A DNA stretch of 64,000 bases from NCBI GenBank assembly GCA_964369525.1, contig CAYJEW010000002.1:1815-65814 (forward strand), written 5' to 3'. The position numbers were made by a program, and so were the translations under genes. The notes under the pieces are model-generated. The model worked only from the letters and a program-made list of their open reading frames with translations, was not told the origin of the DNA and did not search any database. The stretch comes from an uncultured Oscillospiraceae bacterium. Lineage in GTDB: Bacteria; Bacillota; Clostridia; Oscillospirales; Ruminococcaceae. Positions 26,308 to 35,309 of the stretch are shown piece by piece. Position 1 is the first letter of the stretch. The number at the start of each line of letters is the position of its first letter.

Positions 26308-28386
26308 ATGAGCCATACACCTGACAAAATTCGCAACATTATGATAGCGGGCCACTCCGGTGCGGGAAAAACAACACTGGCAGAGGCGCTGCTGTTTTAC
26401 AGCAAGGCCATAGACCGATTTGGACGTGTGGACGATGGCAACGCCACAATGGATTTTGACCCGGAAGAAAATAAACGCGGCGTGTCGCTTAGCGCGGCTT
26501 TGGCGTCTATAGAGTACGACACCGCGAGGATTAACCTGGTGGATGTGCCCGGGCTGTTTGATTTTGAGCTGGGCTTATACGAAGGTATTATGGCGGTAGA
26601 GGGCGTTTTGGTGTGTGTAGAGGCGCGCGGCGGCCTGCCTGTGGGCGCACAAAAAGCGTATAAACTGGCTAAAAACAACGGCAAGAGCACCATGTTCTAC
26701 GTGAGCAAGCTGGACGTGGAAAACGCCGATTTTTACAAGGTATACGAAGAGATGAAGGCAGAGTTTGGCACATCGCTTTGTCCTATTGTTGTGCCGCATG
26801 TGGAGGGAGACAAGATTACATTTGTGAATCTTATCTCCGAAAAAGCATTTGTGTACGATGATAACGGCCAGGCCACACAGGTAGATAGGCCAGACCTTGG
26901 CGCGCTGTATGACGAGCTGCGCAACGCTATGTTTGAAGCTGTTGCCGAAACAGACGACGCGCTAATGGAAAAGTTTTTCGCAGGAGAGCCCTTTACTATA
27001 GATGAGCTTACAGATGGCCTGCGCACAGGCACAAAAACAGGCGCTGTGTCGCCCGTGCTGTGTGGTGTATCTACCAGTATGGCGGCGTGTGATATGCTAC
27101 TGTTTAACATAAAAGCCTTAATGCCCAGCGCCCAAAGGGGTGGTGGCATGCAGGCAGAGGCCGACGGCAAAGAGGTTATTATAGAATGCGACCCAAGCGG
27201 AGATTTGGCAGCGTATGTGTTTAAAACCGTGGCCGACCCGTTTGTGGGCAAGCTGTCGTATGTGAAGGTGGTTCGCGGTGTGCTTAAGCCCGACTCGGCA
27301 CTGGTAAACAGCCGCACAGGTGAGGCTGAAAAGATGGGCAAGCTTTTGTTTGTGAAGGGTAAAAAACAAATAGATACTACCGAGATTTCAGCGGGTGATA
27401 TGGGCGCTGTTACAAAATTGCAAAATGCGAAAACAGGCGATACATTGTGCAAACCCGGTAGCGTTGCGGCAGTGAAAAAGGTGCCGTTCCCCGGTGCTAC
27501 ATATAGTATGGCACTGCGCACCACCAAAAAAGGCGACGAGAGTAAGATATCTACAGCTATGCAACGCATGCTGGAAGAAGACCGCACGCTTGCATATAAA
27601 GTAGACTCTGAAACGCTGCAGCAGGTTATCAGCGGCCTTGGCGAGCAGCACCTTGATGTGGTTATAGCAAAAATGAAGAGCAAGTTTGGCGTGGAGGTGG
27701 AGCTGTCGCAACCAAGGGTTGCATACCGCGAAACACTGCGCAAAAAGGTTAAAAAGCAAGGCCGCCACAAAAAGCAAACAGGTGGCCACGGGCAGTTTGG
27801 CGATGTTATTATGGAGTTTGAGCCAAACGACTCGGACGAGCTGGTATTTGAAGAGAAAATCTTTGGCGGCAGTGTGCCGAAAAACTTCCATCCTGCTGTT
27901 GAAAAAGGCCTGCGCGAGGCCGCACAGCGCGGTGTGTTGGCAGGCTACCCGGTTGTGGGCCTGAAAGCTACACTGCTAGACGGTAGTTATCATGCGGTAG
28001 ACTCATCTGAAATGGCGTTTAAAATGGCGGCAAAGGTTGCATATAAATCGGCACTGCCCGAGGCAGGCCCTGTGCTACTGGAGCCCATTGGCGCGCTGAA
28101 GGCGTATGTGCCGGACTCGAACACAGGCGATATTATGGGTGAAACCAACAAGCGCCGCGGGCGTGTTATGGGCATGAACCCGGCAGGCGACGGCCTACAG
28201 GTGGTGGAAGCCGAGATACCTGTGAGCGAGATGCACGACTTTACCACATACATGCGCCAGCTTACCCAAGGCCGCGGGCATTACGAGTTTGAGTTTGTAA
28301 GGTACGAGCCGTTGCCACAGCAGCTCGAGGCCAAGGTTATTGAAGATGCTAAGAAAATATTTGTGGATAAAGACGAAGACGAATAG
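26308..28386 (+). CDS. fusA: elongation factor G family GTPase (located outside a str operon; may be a paralogue)
   Basis: The G1 motif is AGHSGAGKTT and G3 is VDVPG. The 692-aa length fits the five-domain EF-G layout. No rpsL, rpsG or tuf genes lie nearby. Confidence 0.85.
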   Translation: MSHTPDKIRNIMIAGHSGAGKTTLAEALLFYSKAIDRFGRVDDGNATMDFDPEENKRGVSLSAALASIEYDTARINLVDVPGLFDFELGLYEGIMAVEGVLVCVEARGGLPVGAQKAYKLAKNNGKSTMFYVSKLDVENADFYKVYEEMKAEFGTSLCPIVVPHVEGDKITFVNLISEKAFVYDDNGQATQVDRPDLGALYDELRNAMFEAVAETDDALMEKFFAGEPFTIDELTDGLRTGTKTGAVSPVLCGVSTSMAACDMLLFNIKALMPSAQRGGGMQAEADGKEVIIECDPSGDLAAYVFKTVADPFVGKLSYVKVVRGVLKPDSALVNSRTGEAEKMGKLLFVKGKKQIDTTEISAGDMGAVTKLQNAKTGDTLCKPGSVAAVKKVPFPGATYSMALRTTKKGDESKISTAMQRMLEEDRTLAYKVDSETLQQVISGLGEQHLDVVIAKMKSKFGVEVELSQPRVAYRETLRKKVKKQGRHKKQTGGHGQFGDVIMEFEPNDSDELVFEEKIFGGSVPKNFHPAVEKGLREAAQRGVLAGYPVVGLKATLLDGSYHAVDSSEMAFKMAAKVAYKSALPEAGPVLLEPIGALKAYVPDSNTGDIMGETNKRRGRVMGMNPAGDGLQVVEAEIPVSEMHDFTTYMRQLTQGRGHYEFEFVRYEPLPQQLEAKVIEDAKKIFVDKDEDE

Positions 28387-28425
28387 GCAAAATACGGCGG
28401 AAATTGGCAGTGTGCCTATATTTTG

Positions 28426-28454
28426 GTTGACATGCGGTGCTATTTGTAATATAA
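28426..28454 (+). promoter_or_regulatory. consensus sigma-A promoter for greA
   Basis: The elements are TTGACA, a 17-nt spacer, and TATAAT, both hexamers perfect. Confidence 0.7.
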
Positions 28455-28573
28455 TAGCCTAAGTTATGTGCGGCAAAAAAAGATGCGATGTATCGAATTT
28501 TTGCCGGCAAGCTTTAAAGAAAGTACATTGCGGCATGCCGCAGTAATATTTATGTCGAAGGAGCGGGTATTAA

Positions 28574-29068
28574 ATGGCTAATCCGCAAAAAAAAGAGGTT
28601 AAAGTAACCCGTGCGGGGCTTATAAAGCTAGAGGATGAGCTGAACCATCTTAAAACAGAGCGCCGAAAAGATGTGGCCGACAAGATAAAGGTGGCTCGTG
28701 GATATGGCGATTTATCGGAAAATAGCGAGTATGATGAAGCTAAAAACGAGCAAGGCATTGTGGAGAGCCGCATTGCCGAGCTGGAAACCATGCTAAAGCA
28801 TATTCATGTAATTGACGAGGATGAGCTAACAAACGAGCATGTAATGGTGGGCAGCCATGTGAAGCTGCGCGACAGCGACGGCGACACAGACGAGTATGAC
28901 ATTGTGGGATCTACCGAGGCAGACCCTGCCGCAGGGAAAATTAGCGACGAGTCGCCTGTGGGTGCGGCGCTGATAAACCACGGTGCAGGTGATACGGTAG
29001 AGGTTACGTTGCCGTCGGGCGTGGTGGTGGCATACACCATTGTAGAGATTACAAAGTCGGACATTTAG
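28574..29068 (+). CDS. greA: transcription elongation factor GreA
   Basis: The coiled-coil N-terminal domain carries the acidic tip GDLSENSEYDEAK, and a C-terminal FKBP-like domain follows. The protein is 164 aa. Confidence 0.93.
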   Translation: MANPQKKEVKVTRAGLIKLEDELNHLKTERRKDVADKIKVARGYGDLSENSEYDEAKNEQGIVESRIAELETMLKHIHVIDEDELTNEHVMVGSHVKLRDSDGDTDEYDIVGSTEADPAAGKISDESPVGAALINHGAGDTVEVTLPSGVVVAYTIVEITKSDI

Positions 29069-29094
29069 CAGGCAGTCACTACGTAAAGTTATTA

Positions 29095-29154
29095 CCGCAC
29101 ATATAAACAGAGCGGCTGCCGATATGGCTGGCCGCTCAGTTTGTGCGGTTTTTT
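29095..29154 (+). terminator. greA terminator
   Basis: The outer stem is CCGCACA / TGTGCGG and the inner stem is GAGCGGC / GCCGCTC. A TTTTTT run follows. Confidence 0.7.
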
Positions 29155-29270
29155 GATTGCGACGAAAACGCAGATGGTACGAGTACTGGCAAAAGTAGGC
29201 GCATACATGATATACTAAGCCATGATGCTACATTATTATATTATGCATACTTTTAGGGTAGTAGCAGTAT

Positions 29271-29300
29271 TTGCAGGTATAAATTTCTTTGTGCTAAAAT
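29271..29300 (+). promoter_or_regulatory. promoter for lysS
   Basis: The elements are TTGCAG, an 18-nt spacer, and TAAAAT with an extended TG (TGCTAAAAT). Confidence 0.5.
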
Positions 29301-29403
29301 GTGCTATTTGCGCATTATAATAATATAACATACAAATAAGTTTGTGTAATATATTTATTAGATTTGGTGCGCATAGCAAGTAACCACAAAGCAGGAGGAC
29401 ATA

Positions 29404-31026
29404 ATGGATAAAGAGAAAGCAAAGCAGAGTATAGAGAAGGTTGGCGATGTGCTGGAAGCCGCAGTGGACAGTATACAGGACGTGGCGCAAGATTTTGTGC
29501 AGGAGCTTGAGCAGGAGGCACTGCACGAGCAAGCGCTTGTGCGCAGAGAAAAGCTGCAAGTGTTGCAGCAAGAAGGGCAAGACCCATTTAAAATTAACAG
29601 CTGGCCGCAAGATTCTTTCACAAGCGAGGTGAAGGAAACCTACAAAGACCTAGCCGAGGGCGAAGAGGGCCGCCGCGTGTGTATGGCAGGGCGCATGATG
29701 TCTAAGCGGGTTATGGGTAAGGCCAGCTTTGCCGACCTGAGGGACAGCAGTGGCACCATTCAGATGTACATACGCCGTGATGGCGTGGGCGAAGAGCCGT
29801 ATGCGGCATTTAAAAAGTTTGATATAGGCGATATTGTGGGCGTTACCGGTGCGGTGTTTCGCACAAAGATGGGCGAGCTTTCGGTGAAGGCAGACGGTAT
29901 TGTGCTGCTTTCAAAAAGCCTTTTGCCGCTACCTGAAAAGTGGCACGGACTGAAAGACCAAGAGTTGCGATATCGCCAGCGGTATGTAGATTTGATTGTG
30001 AATCCGCAGGTAAAGCAAACATTCCTTATGAGAAGTAAGATTATTTCGTCTATGAGGCGCTATTTTGATTCGCATGGATTTATGGAAGTAGAAACGCCTG
30101 TGTTGCATGTGCAGGCAGGCGGCGCAGCGGCGCGCCCGTTTACCACCCACCACAACACGCTAAACCTAGACATGCATCTGCGTATATCGCTGGAGCTTTA
30201 CCTAAAGCGGCTGGTGGTGGGCGGATTTGACCGCGTGTATGAAATTGGGCGCAATTTCCGCAACGAGGGTATGGACCATAGCCATAACCCTGAGTTCACG
30301 ATGATGGAGCTTTACCAAGCGTACACAGACTATTACGGCATGATGGATTTGTGCGAGGATATGATGCGCACTGTGGGCCGAGAGGTGCTGGGTGGAAAGG
30401 CGCAGGCCGAGTGGGGCGACGAAGTTATTGACCTTGAAACGCCGTTTTTGCGCATTACCATGCGGGAGATAGTGCAGAGGGAAACCAGCATAAACTTTGA
30501 TGAGCTGGCCGATGCCACCGCCGCAAAAAAGCTGGCCGACGAACACGGCATAGCGTATGAAGCAAGGCACGAAAAAGGCGACATACTTAACATGTTCTTT
30601 GAAAAATACTGCGAGCCAAAGCTACGCCAGCCCACGTTTGTTACGGGGCATCCGGTGGAGATATCGCCGCTGGCAAAAAAAGACCCGGAAAATCCGGGGT
30701 ACACACTGCGGTTTGAGCTATTTATTGCGGGCAAAGAGTTTGCCAATGCATTCAGTGAGCTGAACGACCCGATAGACCAGCGAACAAGGTTTGAGTATCA
30801 AGAGTTTTTGCGCCAGCAGGGCGACGACGAAGCCAGCGAGATAGATGAGGATTTTCTTACAGCGCTGGAGTACGGTATGCCGCCAACAGGTGGTATAGGA
30901 ATAGGTGTAGACCGTTTTGTGATGCTACTTACAGGGCAAACAAGCATACGCGATGTGTTACTTTTTCCCACAATGAAGCCGCTGGGACAGCAAAAAACAG
31001 CGCAGCATCAAGAGGAAAAAGAGTAA
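29404..31026 (+). CDS. lysS: lysine--tRNA ligase (class II) with ~40-aa acidic N-terminal extension
   Basis: An OB-fold anticodon domain and class II motifs are present (FMEVETPVL, YEIGRNFRNEG, GIGIGVDR). A strong RBS (AGGAGG) lies 6 nt before the ATG. Confidence 0.93.
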   Translation: MDKEKAKQSIEKVGDVLEAAVDSIQDVAQDFVQELEQEALHEQALVRREKLQVLQQEGQDPFKINSWPQDSFTSEVKETYKDLAEGEEGRRVCMAGRMMSKRVMGKASFADLRDSSGTIQMYIRRDGVGEEPYAAFKKFDIGDIVGVTGAVFRTKMGELSVKADGIVLLSKSLLPLPEKWHGLKDQELRYRQRYVDLIVNPQVKQTFLMRSKIISSMRRYFDSHGFMEVETPVLHVQAGGAAARPFTTHHNTLNLDMHLRISLELYLKRLVVGGFDRVYEIGRNFRNEGMDHSHNPEFTMMELYQAYTDYYGMMDLCEDMMRTVGREVLGGKAQAEWGDEVIDLETPFLRITMREIVQRETSINFDELADATAAKKLADEHGIAYEARHEKGDILNMFFEKYCEPKLRQPTFVTGHPVEISPLAKKDPENPGYTLRFELFIAGKEFANAFSELNDPIDQRTRFEYQEFLRQQGDDEASEIDEDFLTALEYGMPPTGGIGIGVDRFVMLLTGQTSIRDVLLFPTMKPLGQQKTAQHQEEKE

Positions 31027-31454
31027 TGAAGATAATGGCAGTGGACTATGGCGATGCCCGCACGGGGCTTGCCGTGTGCGACCGCACCGAGACGCTGGCA
31101 AGCCCTGTTGGTGTGATTGAAGAGAAAAGCATAGCCAAGGCGGCCGAGAAAATTGTGTATGCCAGCCGTGAGTTTGAGGTGGGGCTGGTAGTGCTGGGGC
31201 TACCTGTGAACATGGACGGTAGCGAGGGCAAAAGGGCGGCCAAAACCAGAAAGCTGGGCGGTATTTTGAGCAACATTTTGGAGGTGCCGCTGGAATACTG
31301 GGACGAGCGCAACACCACAAAAAATGCCGAGGCGCTACTTAGTGAAGCAGGGGTGTATGGCCAAAAGCGCAAGCAGGAGCTGGACGCATTGGCCGCCGCT
31401 ATAACGCTGGAGAGCTATCTTGCGTACAGGCGCAACACATCGCAGCAAGGCTAA
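31026..31454 (+). CDS. ruvX: Holliday junction resolvase-like protein RuvX (YqgF)
   Basis: The N-terminus MKIMAVDYGDARTGLAV is YqgF-type. The protein is 142 aa, and its start overlaps the lysS stop (TAATG). Confidence 0.88.
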   Translation: MKIMAVDYGDARTGLAVCDRTETLASPVGVIEEKSIAKAAEKIVYASREFEVGLVVLGLPVNMDGSEGKRAAKTRKLGGILSNILEVPLEYWDERNTTKNAEALLSEAGVYGQKRKQELDALAAAITLESYLAYRRNTSQQG

Positions 31455-31510
31455 ATTTTAAATATTATGTGATAATATCTGCAGAAATTAACATAATTTT
31501 TCAGCAAAAT

Positions 31511-31547
31511 AAAAAAACTTGACCTTAATTGGTCAAGTTTTTTGTTT
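31511..31547. terminator. bidirectional terminator (ruvX / M28 gene, convergent)
   Basis: The structure is A7, then the stem CTTGACC / GGTCAAG, then T6. Confidence 0.8.
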
Positions 31548-31645
31548 TGGATGTTTAGTCGAATGATTTTAATTGGAATATATGAGTATGCAATGTTTTT
31601 TCTTCTAATGATCGGTGTAGAATGATATTAATATGTGAATAATGC

Positions 31646-32629
31646 TTAAAATTGGCTGATTGAGGCATGCAATGACTGCGCCATAGACATACAGCCATCG
31701 CGAAGCCAAAGCAGGTTGTCGGCTTGTAGGCGGGTGTCTTTTGAGGTGTGGATGCGGGCAACAAAAAGCCCGATTATGGGAGATTTTTGCAGTGTGGCTG
31801 CGCCTATACCTCGTTTGAAGTGCAGTTGGTCGGAGGGGAAGAAGGTGAGGGGGGAGGTGTCTACCAAAAGGGATTTGCCTGCGGGCGGGGCAAAGGCTGT
31901 TTGCAATTGCGAGATAAGTTGCGCATCTTTGCGGCAGGTGCGGGGGAGTATAAACAGCAGGTTATCGCCGTCGCCAACGCAGTCGAAGTTTAGCAAAAGA
32001 GCGTTTGGCAGGCGACGGTACTCGCGGCTAAGCTGTGAAGAGCCCAGCAGGCCAAGCTCTTCGTTATCGAAAAACACAAGTGCTACATTTTGGCGATGCT
32101 CTTCGGGTATTGCAAGGGCAATCTCGAACAATGTGAGGATGCCTGAGGTGTTGTCGTTTGCGTTATTTTTGTTGGCGGGGCCTGCCAGAATAAGAACAAT
32201 TATGGTAATGCCTATGGCATAGATGGAGAAAAATACTGCGAATATGGGCAGCTCTAAAAAAGAAAGGCCTACCGTTGCAGCTATGAGCAATATGGCAAAA
32301 ACAAAGGCTAAGAGTAGCTGGTATACGAGGGATGCAACTATGTTGCGTGGGGCTAAGAAGTTTGGGAACGGCAGGCGGGCAGGGGTGTCGTAGTGGGCGG
32401 TGAGCACAAGTTTTGCGGTTTCTATATCGCCTGCAATTATGTTGTTGCTTTTGACAATACGCCCTTTTTGCTGAAGGGTTACATCCCAGCCTGCCTCTTT
32501 TAGCAGGGCGGTAGCCTGTTGTATAAAAGCTTGTTTTTGGGCTTTTGTTTTGCGCACCTGGTGCTCCGCAAAAATTTGCTGAGAGTGTGTGGTGAGGTCG
32601 TTAAGATGTGTAGTGGAGTCGAATTTCAT
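31646..32629 (-). CDS. M28-family metallopeptidase with internal transmembrane hairpin
   Basis: The M28 ligand contexts AHYD, ANDNTSG, FDNEELGLLGS, NFDCVG and IHTSKD are present. Two hydrophobic helices are inserted between the first two. The ATG at 32629 is preferred; the track GTG is at 32680. Confidence 0.7.
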   Translation of the reverse strand: MKFDSTTHLNDLTTHSQQIFAEHQVRKTKAQKQAFIQQATALLKEAGWDVTLQQKGRIVKSNNIIAGDIETAKLVLTAHYDTPARLPFPNFLAPRNIVASLVYQLLLAFVFAILLIAATVGLSFLELPIFAVFFSIYAIGITIIVLILAGPANKNNANDNTSGILTLFEIALAIPEEHRQNVALVFFDNEELGLLGSSQLSREYRRLPNALLLNFDCVGDGDNLLFILPRTCRKDAQLISQLQTAFAPPAGKSLLVDTSPLTFFPSDQLHFKRGIGAATLQKSPIIGLFVARIHTSKDTRLQADNLLWLRDGCMSMAQSLHASISQF

Positions 32630-32679
32630 AACAATTAAATTCACTTTCTGAAAATAAGATAACCTGCAGATAGCAAACA

Positions 32680-33312
32680 CTAATAGCCAAGCTCTTGTGC
32701 AACCAGTAGCACATGAATGCGATTATCTTTCATCTGGCGGCGCAGTACAAGCTCTATGTTACAGATACGCTGAGTGCTGTTGCAGTTTTCGCATTTTCCG
32801 GTTTGCACACAAGGAGTGTTTAGGTTTAGTCGGCGGCAGTTTGTGGGGCGAGCAATGGTTTCCAGGCGCTGGTGGGCGGCTTGCAGGTTTGGCACAATTT
32901 TGTTGTAGCCTACCACAAATATTACCCTTTTTGGCCCGTAGGCAATGGCCGCCACGCGGTTGCCGCCGCCATCTATATTAAGAATTTCGCCCTGCTCGGT
33001 AACGGCGCTTGCAGAGGTGAAAAAATATTCTACGCTGAGGGCTTTGTGCATCACCTCGGAGCGGTTTACGCCCGGGGCGTCGCGGTTGAGGTAGGTGTAG
33101 CTGCCGCTGTCTAAGAGCTGTAGCACGCCGCTTTCGGCAAGGCTCATGCCACCGCCGTTAGACACGCTGCTGCCCTCGGGCACAAGCGTGCGCACAAATG
33201 GCACAACGTCGGCCGTGTTTTGCAGAATATAAGCCTGCATGTTGTTGCGCTCGAGCGCAAGTTTTACCCGCTCGAGTCGTTTTTGGGTGGTGAACTCTAA
33301 ATGTTTATCCAC
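32680..33312 (-). CDS. LUD-domain (LutC/YkgG-like, DUF162) protein with Cys-rich C-terminus
   Basis: A LUD-type core (RVAAIAYGPKRVIFVVGYNKIV) is followed by a C-terminal CRRLNLNTPCVQTGKCENC cluster. The GTG at 33312 is preferred because AAAGGAGG lies 7 nt upstream. The track start is 33366. Confidence 0.7.
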   Translation of the reverse strand: MDKHLEFTTQKRLERVKLALERNNMQAYILQNTADVVPFVRTLVPEGSSVSNGGGMSLAESGVLQLLDSGSYTYLNRDAPGVNRSEVMHKALSVEYFFTSASAVTEQGEILNIDGGGNRVAAIAYGPKRVIFVVGYNKIVPNLQAAHQRLETIARPTNCRRLNLNTPCVQTGKCENCNSTQRICNIELVLRRQMKDNRIHVLLVAQELGY

Positions 33313-33326
33313 TGCGGTGTCCTCCT

Positions 33327-34331
33327 TTACGGTGTTTGCTTTATAAATATGCGGCCTATGCGCCACGCTATAAAGCGGAAGATGGATACAATAAGGCTAC
33401 CCTCTACCCATATATAGTTGGGCAGGTGTTTTAGCCTGAATTTTGGTTTTTTCATGCTTGAGAGCAGCGCAAAGCCTTCGCGCATGCCTTTGCGCCAGGG
33501 CGCGCCAAAGCCCCGAAGGTGAAAAACCACCGTTTTGATGGCGTAGCCTATAAAAAGGAAAGGGAGGTTCAACAATAACATTAGGATAGGCATGTTTTTG
33601 TAAGGAAGCAGCAGGCTATTGCGTCCGCTTTGGATGCTTTTAAAGTCGTTATAGCGTGCGCCCTTAGCGCCGCCTGTGGTGGCGCCGCCAATGTGGGTGC
33701 AGGTGGCGACGGGGCAGTAGATGTTTTGCCAGCCAAGGCTGTTTGCACGCCAGCCAATGTCTACATCTTCAAGATAGGCAAAGAAACATTCTTCAAAAAG
33801 GCCTATCTCGTCAAAGGCGCTTTTTCGGTATAAAGCCGCGCCGCCACAGCAGGAAAAAACACGCTGTGTGCGCATGTATTTGGCGGCTGGGAAGCTGTCG
33901 CCGCGGCGGAAAGCCCAGCCAAACAGCGTAACAAAATCGCCTGCGTCGTCTACGCTGGTGGGATGCCAGTGTTGTAGCATTAAGCATTGTACCGAAAAGC
34001 AGCGCTCGTTTTGCTGCATGCATTTAAGCATCTCTTCAAGCATGGTGGGTGCGGCGAACGCGTCGTTGTTAAACAGTAGCACAAACGGCGCTTTTGCCGC
34101 TTTTATGCCCTGGTTTACAGCCGGCGCAAAGCCGAGGTTTTCTTTGTTTTGAATAAGCGTGTAGCCCGGGCGCGATTCGTAGCTTTTTGCAATATCAAGG
34201 CTTTGGTCGCTGGAGCCGTTATCTACCACGATAAGCTCAAAGTCTTGCTCGGTTTGTGCATAAAGGCTGTCTATGCTGCCCTGCAGCCAGCCGGCACCGT
34301 TAAGGTTTGGAAGTACAATGCTAACCTTCAA
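33327..34331 (-). CDS. family 2 glycosyltransferase
   Basis: The N-terminus KVSIVLPNLNGAGWL...FELIVVDNGSSD is GT-A type and a DxD-like motif (YLEDVD) is present. The TTG at 34331 is preferred, 8 nt after AGGAGG. Confidence 0.85.
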   Translation of the reverse strand: MKVSIVLPNLNGAGWLQGSIDSLYAQTEQDFELIVVDNGSSDQSLDIAKSYESRPGYTLIQNKENLGFAPAVNQGIKAAKAPFVLLFNNDAFAAPTMLEEMLKCMQQNERCFSVQCLMLQHWHPTSVDDAGDFVTLFGWAFRRGDSFPAAKYMRTQRVFSCCGGAALYRKSAFDEIGLFEECFFAYLEDVDIGWRANSLGWQNIYCPVATCTHIGGATTGGAKGARYNDFKSIQSGRNSLLLPYKNMPILMLLLNLPFLFIGYAIKTVVFHLRGFGAPWRKGMREGFALLSSMKKPKFRLKHLPNYIWVEGSLIVSIFRFIAWRIGRIFIKQTP

Positions 34332-34451
34332 ACACACAGCCTCCTTTCGCTTTGTGGCGCAATTTATTCATTAATTGTACAGCTTTCTCTGCGCTTGTGC
34401 AAGCGGGGCAAAACTGGTACAATAATACGAGCATTGTTTGGGAGGGATAGC

Positions 34452-35231
34452 ATGGGGCGGCTGGCGGAAATAGAACTATTTTTGCTGGATATGGACGGCA
34501 CATTTTATTTAGGCAATCGGCTGCTGCCGGGTGCTAAAGAATTTTTGCAAGCGTGCAACCAAAAGGGTGTACGCTATTGCTTTTTAACAAACAATTCTTC
34601 CAAAAGCAGCGAGGACTACATAAAGCGCTTGGCCGAGATGGGTGTAGAGGTGAGCGAGCAGCAGATGTATACCTCGGGGGACGCGAGCTTACAGTATATA
34701 AAGGAACAAGGCTGGCCTGAGGATATTTTGCTGGTGGGAACAAACAGCCTGCGCATACAGTTTGAAAAAGCGGGCTGGCGCACAAGGGCTGAGCGCCCGC
34801 AAGCGGTTTTACTTGGGTTTGATACAGATATTAGCTACGACACGCTGTGTAAACTGTGTGACGCGGTGCGCAGTGGGGTGCCGTATGTGGCTACCCACCC
34901 AGACAATAACTGCCCGGTGCCGGGCGGCATGATACCTGATGTTGGAGCGGTTATTGCGTTTGTGCATGCTGCCACCGGCCGCCTGCCCGATGTGGTTGTG
35001 GGCAAGCCAAATAAGGATATTGCACGGCTTGTGGCGCAAAAAGCAGGCCTACCGCTTGAAAAGATATGTATGGTGGGCGACAGGCTATATACCGACATTG
35101 CGCTTGGAAAAGCAGGGGTACATACAGCGCTTGTGTTTTGCGGCGAAGCTACGCGAGACGAGCTTGCGCACAGCGAGATACAGCCTGACTATGTTTTTGA
35201 AAATCTTGGTGAGATGATAAAAGAGCTGTAG
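34452..35231 (+). CDS. HAD-IIA family hydrolase (NagD/UMPase-like)
   Basis: HAD motif I is LLDMDGTFY. Motifs FLTNNS and GDRLYTDI are also present. The ATG at 34452 follows GGAGGGA. The track ORF extends upstream into the divergent GT2 gene and is not credible there. Confidence 0.85.
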   Translation: MGRLAEIELFLLDMDGTFYLGNRLLPGAKEFLQACNQKGVRYCFLTNNSSKSSEDYIKRLAEMGVEVSEQQMYTSGDASLQYIKEQGWPEDILLVGTNSLRIQFEKAGWRTRAERPQAVLLGFDTDISYDTLCKLCDAVRSGVPYVATHPDNNCPVPGGMIPDVGAVIAFVHAATGRLPDVVVGKPNKDIARLVAQKAGLPLEKICMVGDRLYTDIALGKAGVHTALVFCGEATRDELAHSEIQPDYVFENLGEMIKEL

Positions 35232-35309
35232 CGCTGCATGGGTTTGTGCGGTGTGGTAAGCTCGATATTTTTATGCCGATTTTGAGAGGATGCGGCAAAA
35301 ACAGAGGGA

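Noticed and set aside
26733-27770. A 345-aa minus-strand ORF lies inside the EF-G gene. Similar long antisense ORFs occur at 44366..45298, 43706..44356, 47907..48521, 52544..53209 and 56011..56661.
   Set aside because: All are fully antisense to confidently identified genes. Their composition is Ser/Pro/Ala/Cys-rich low complexity, and they have no start context. They look like typical shadow ORFs.
28364-28372. A perfect DnaA box reverse complement (TGTGGATAA) lies inside the 3' end of the EF-G gene.
   Set aside because: A single perfect 9-mer is expected by chance about once in a window of this size when both strands are counted. It is coding (FVDKD) and isolated.
34149-34451. The track shows an upstream extension of the HAD-IIA ORF, which starts at 34149.
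   Set aside because: The extension overlaps the divergent GT2 gene and the intergenic promoter region. The HAD motif I (LLDMDGTFY) follows directly after the ATG at 34452, which has a GGAGGGA RBS.
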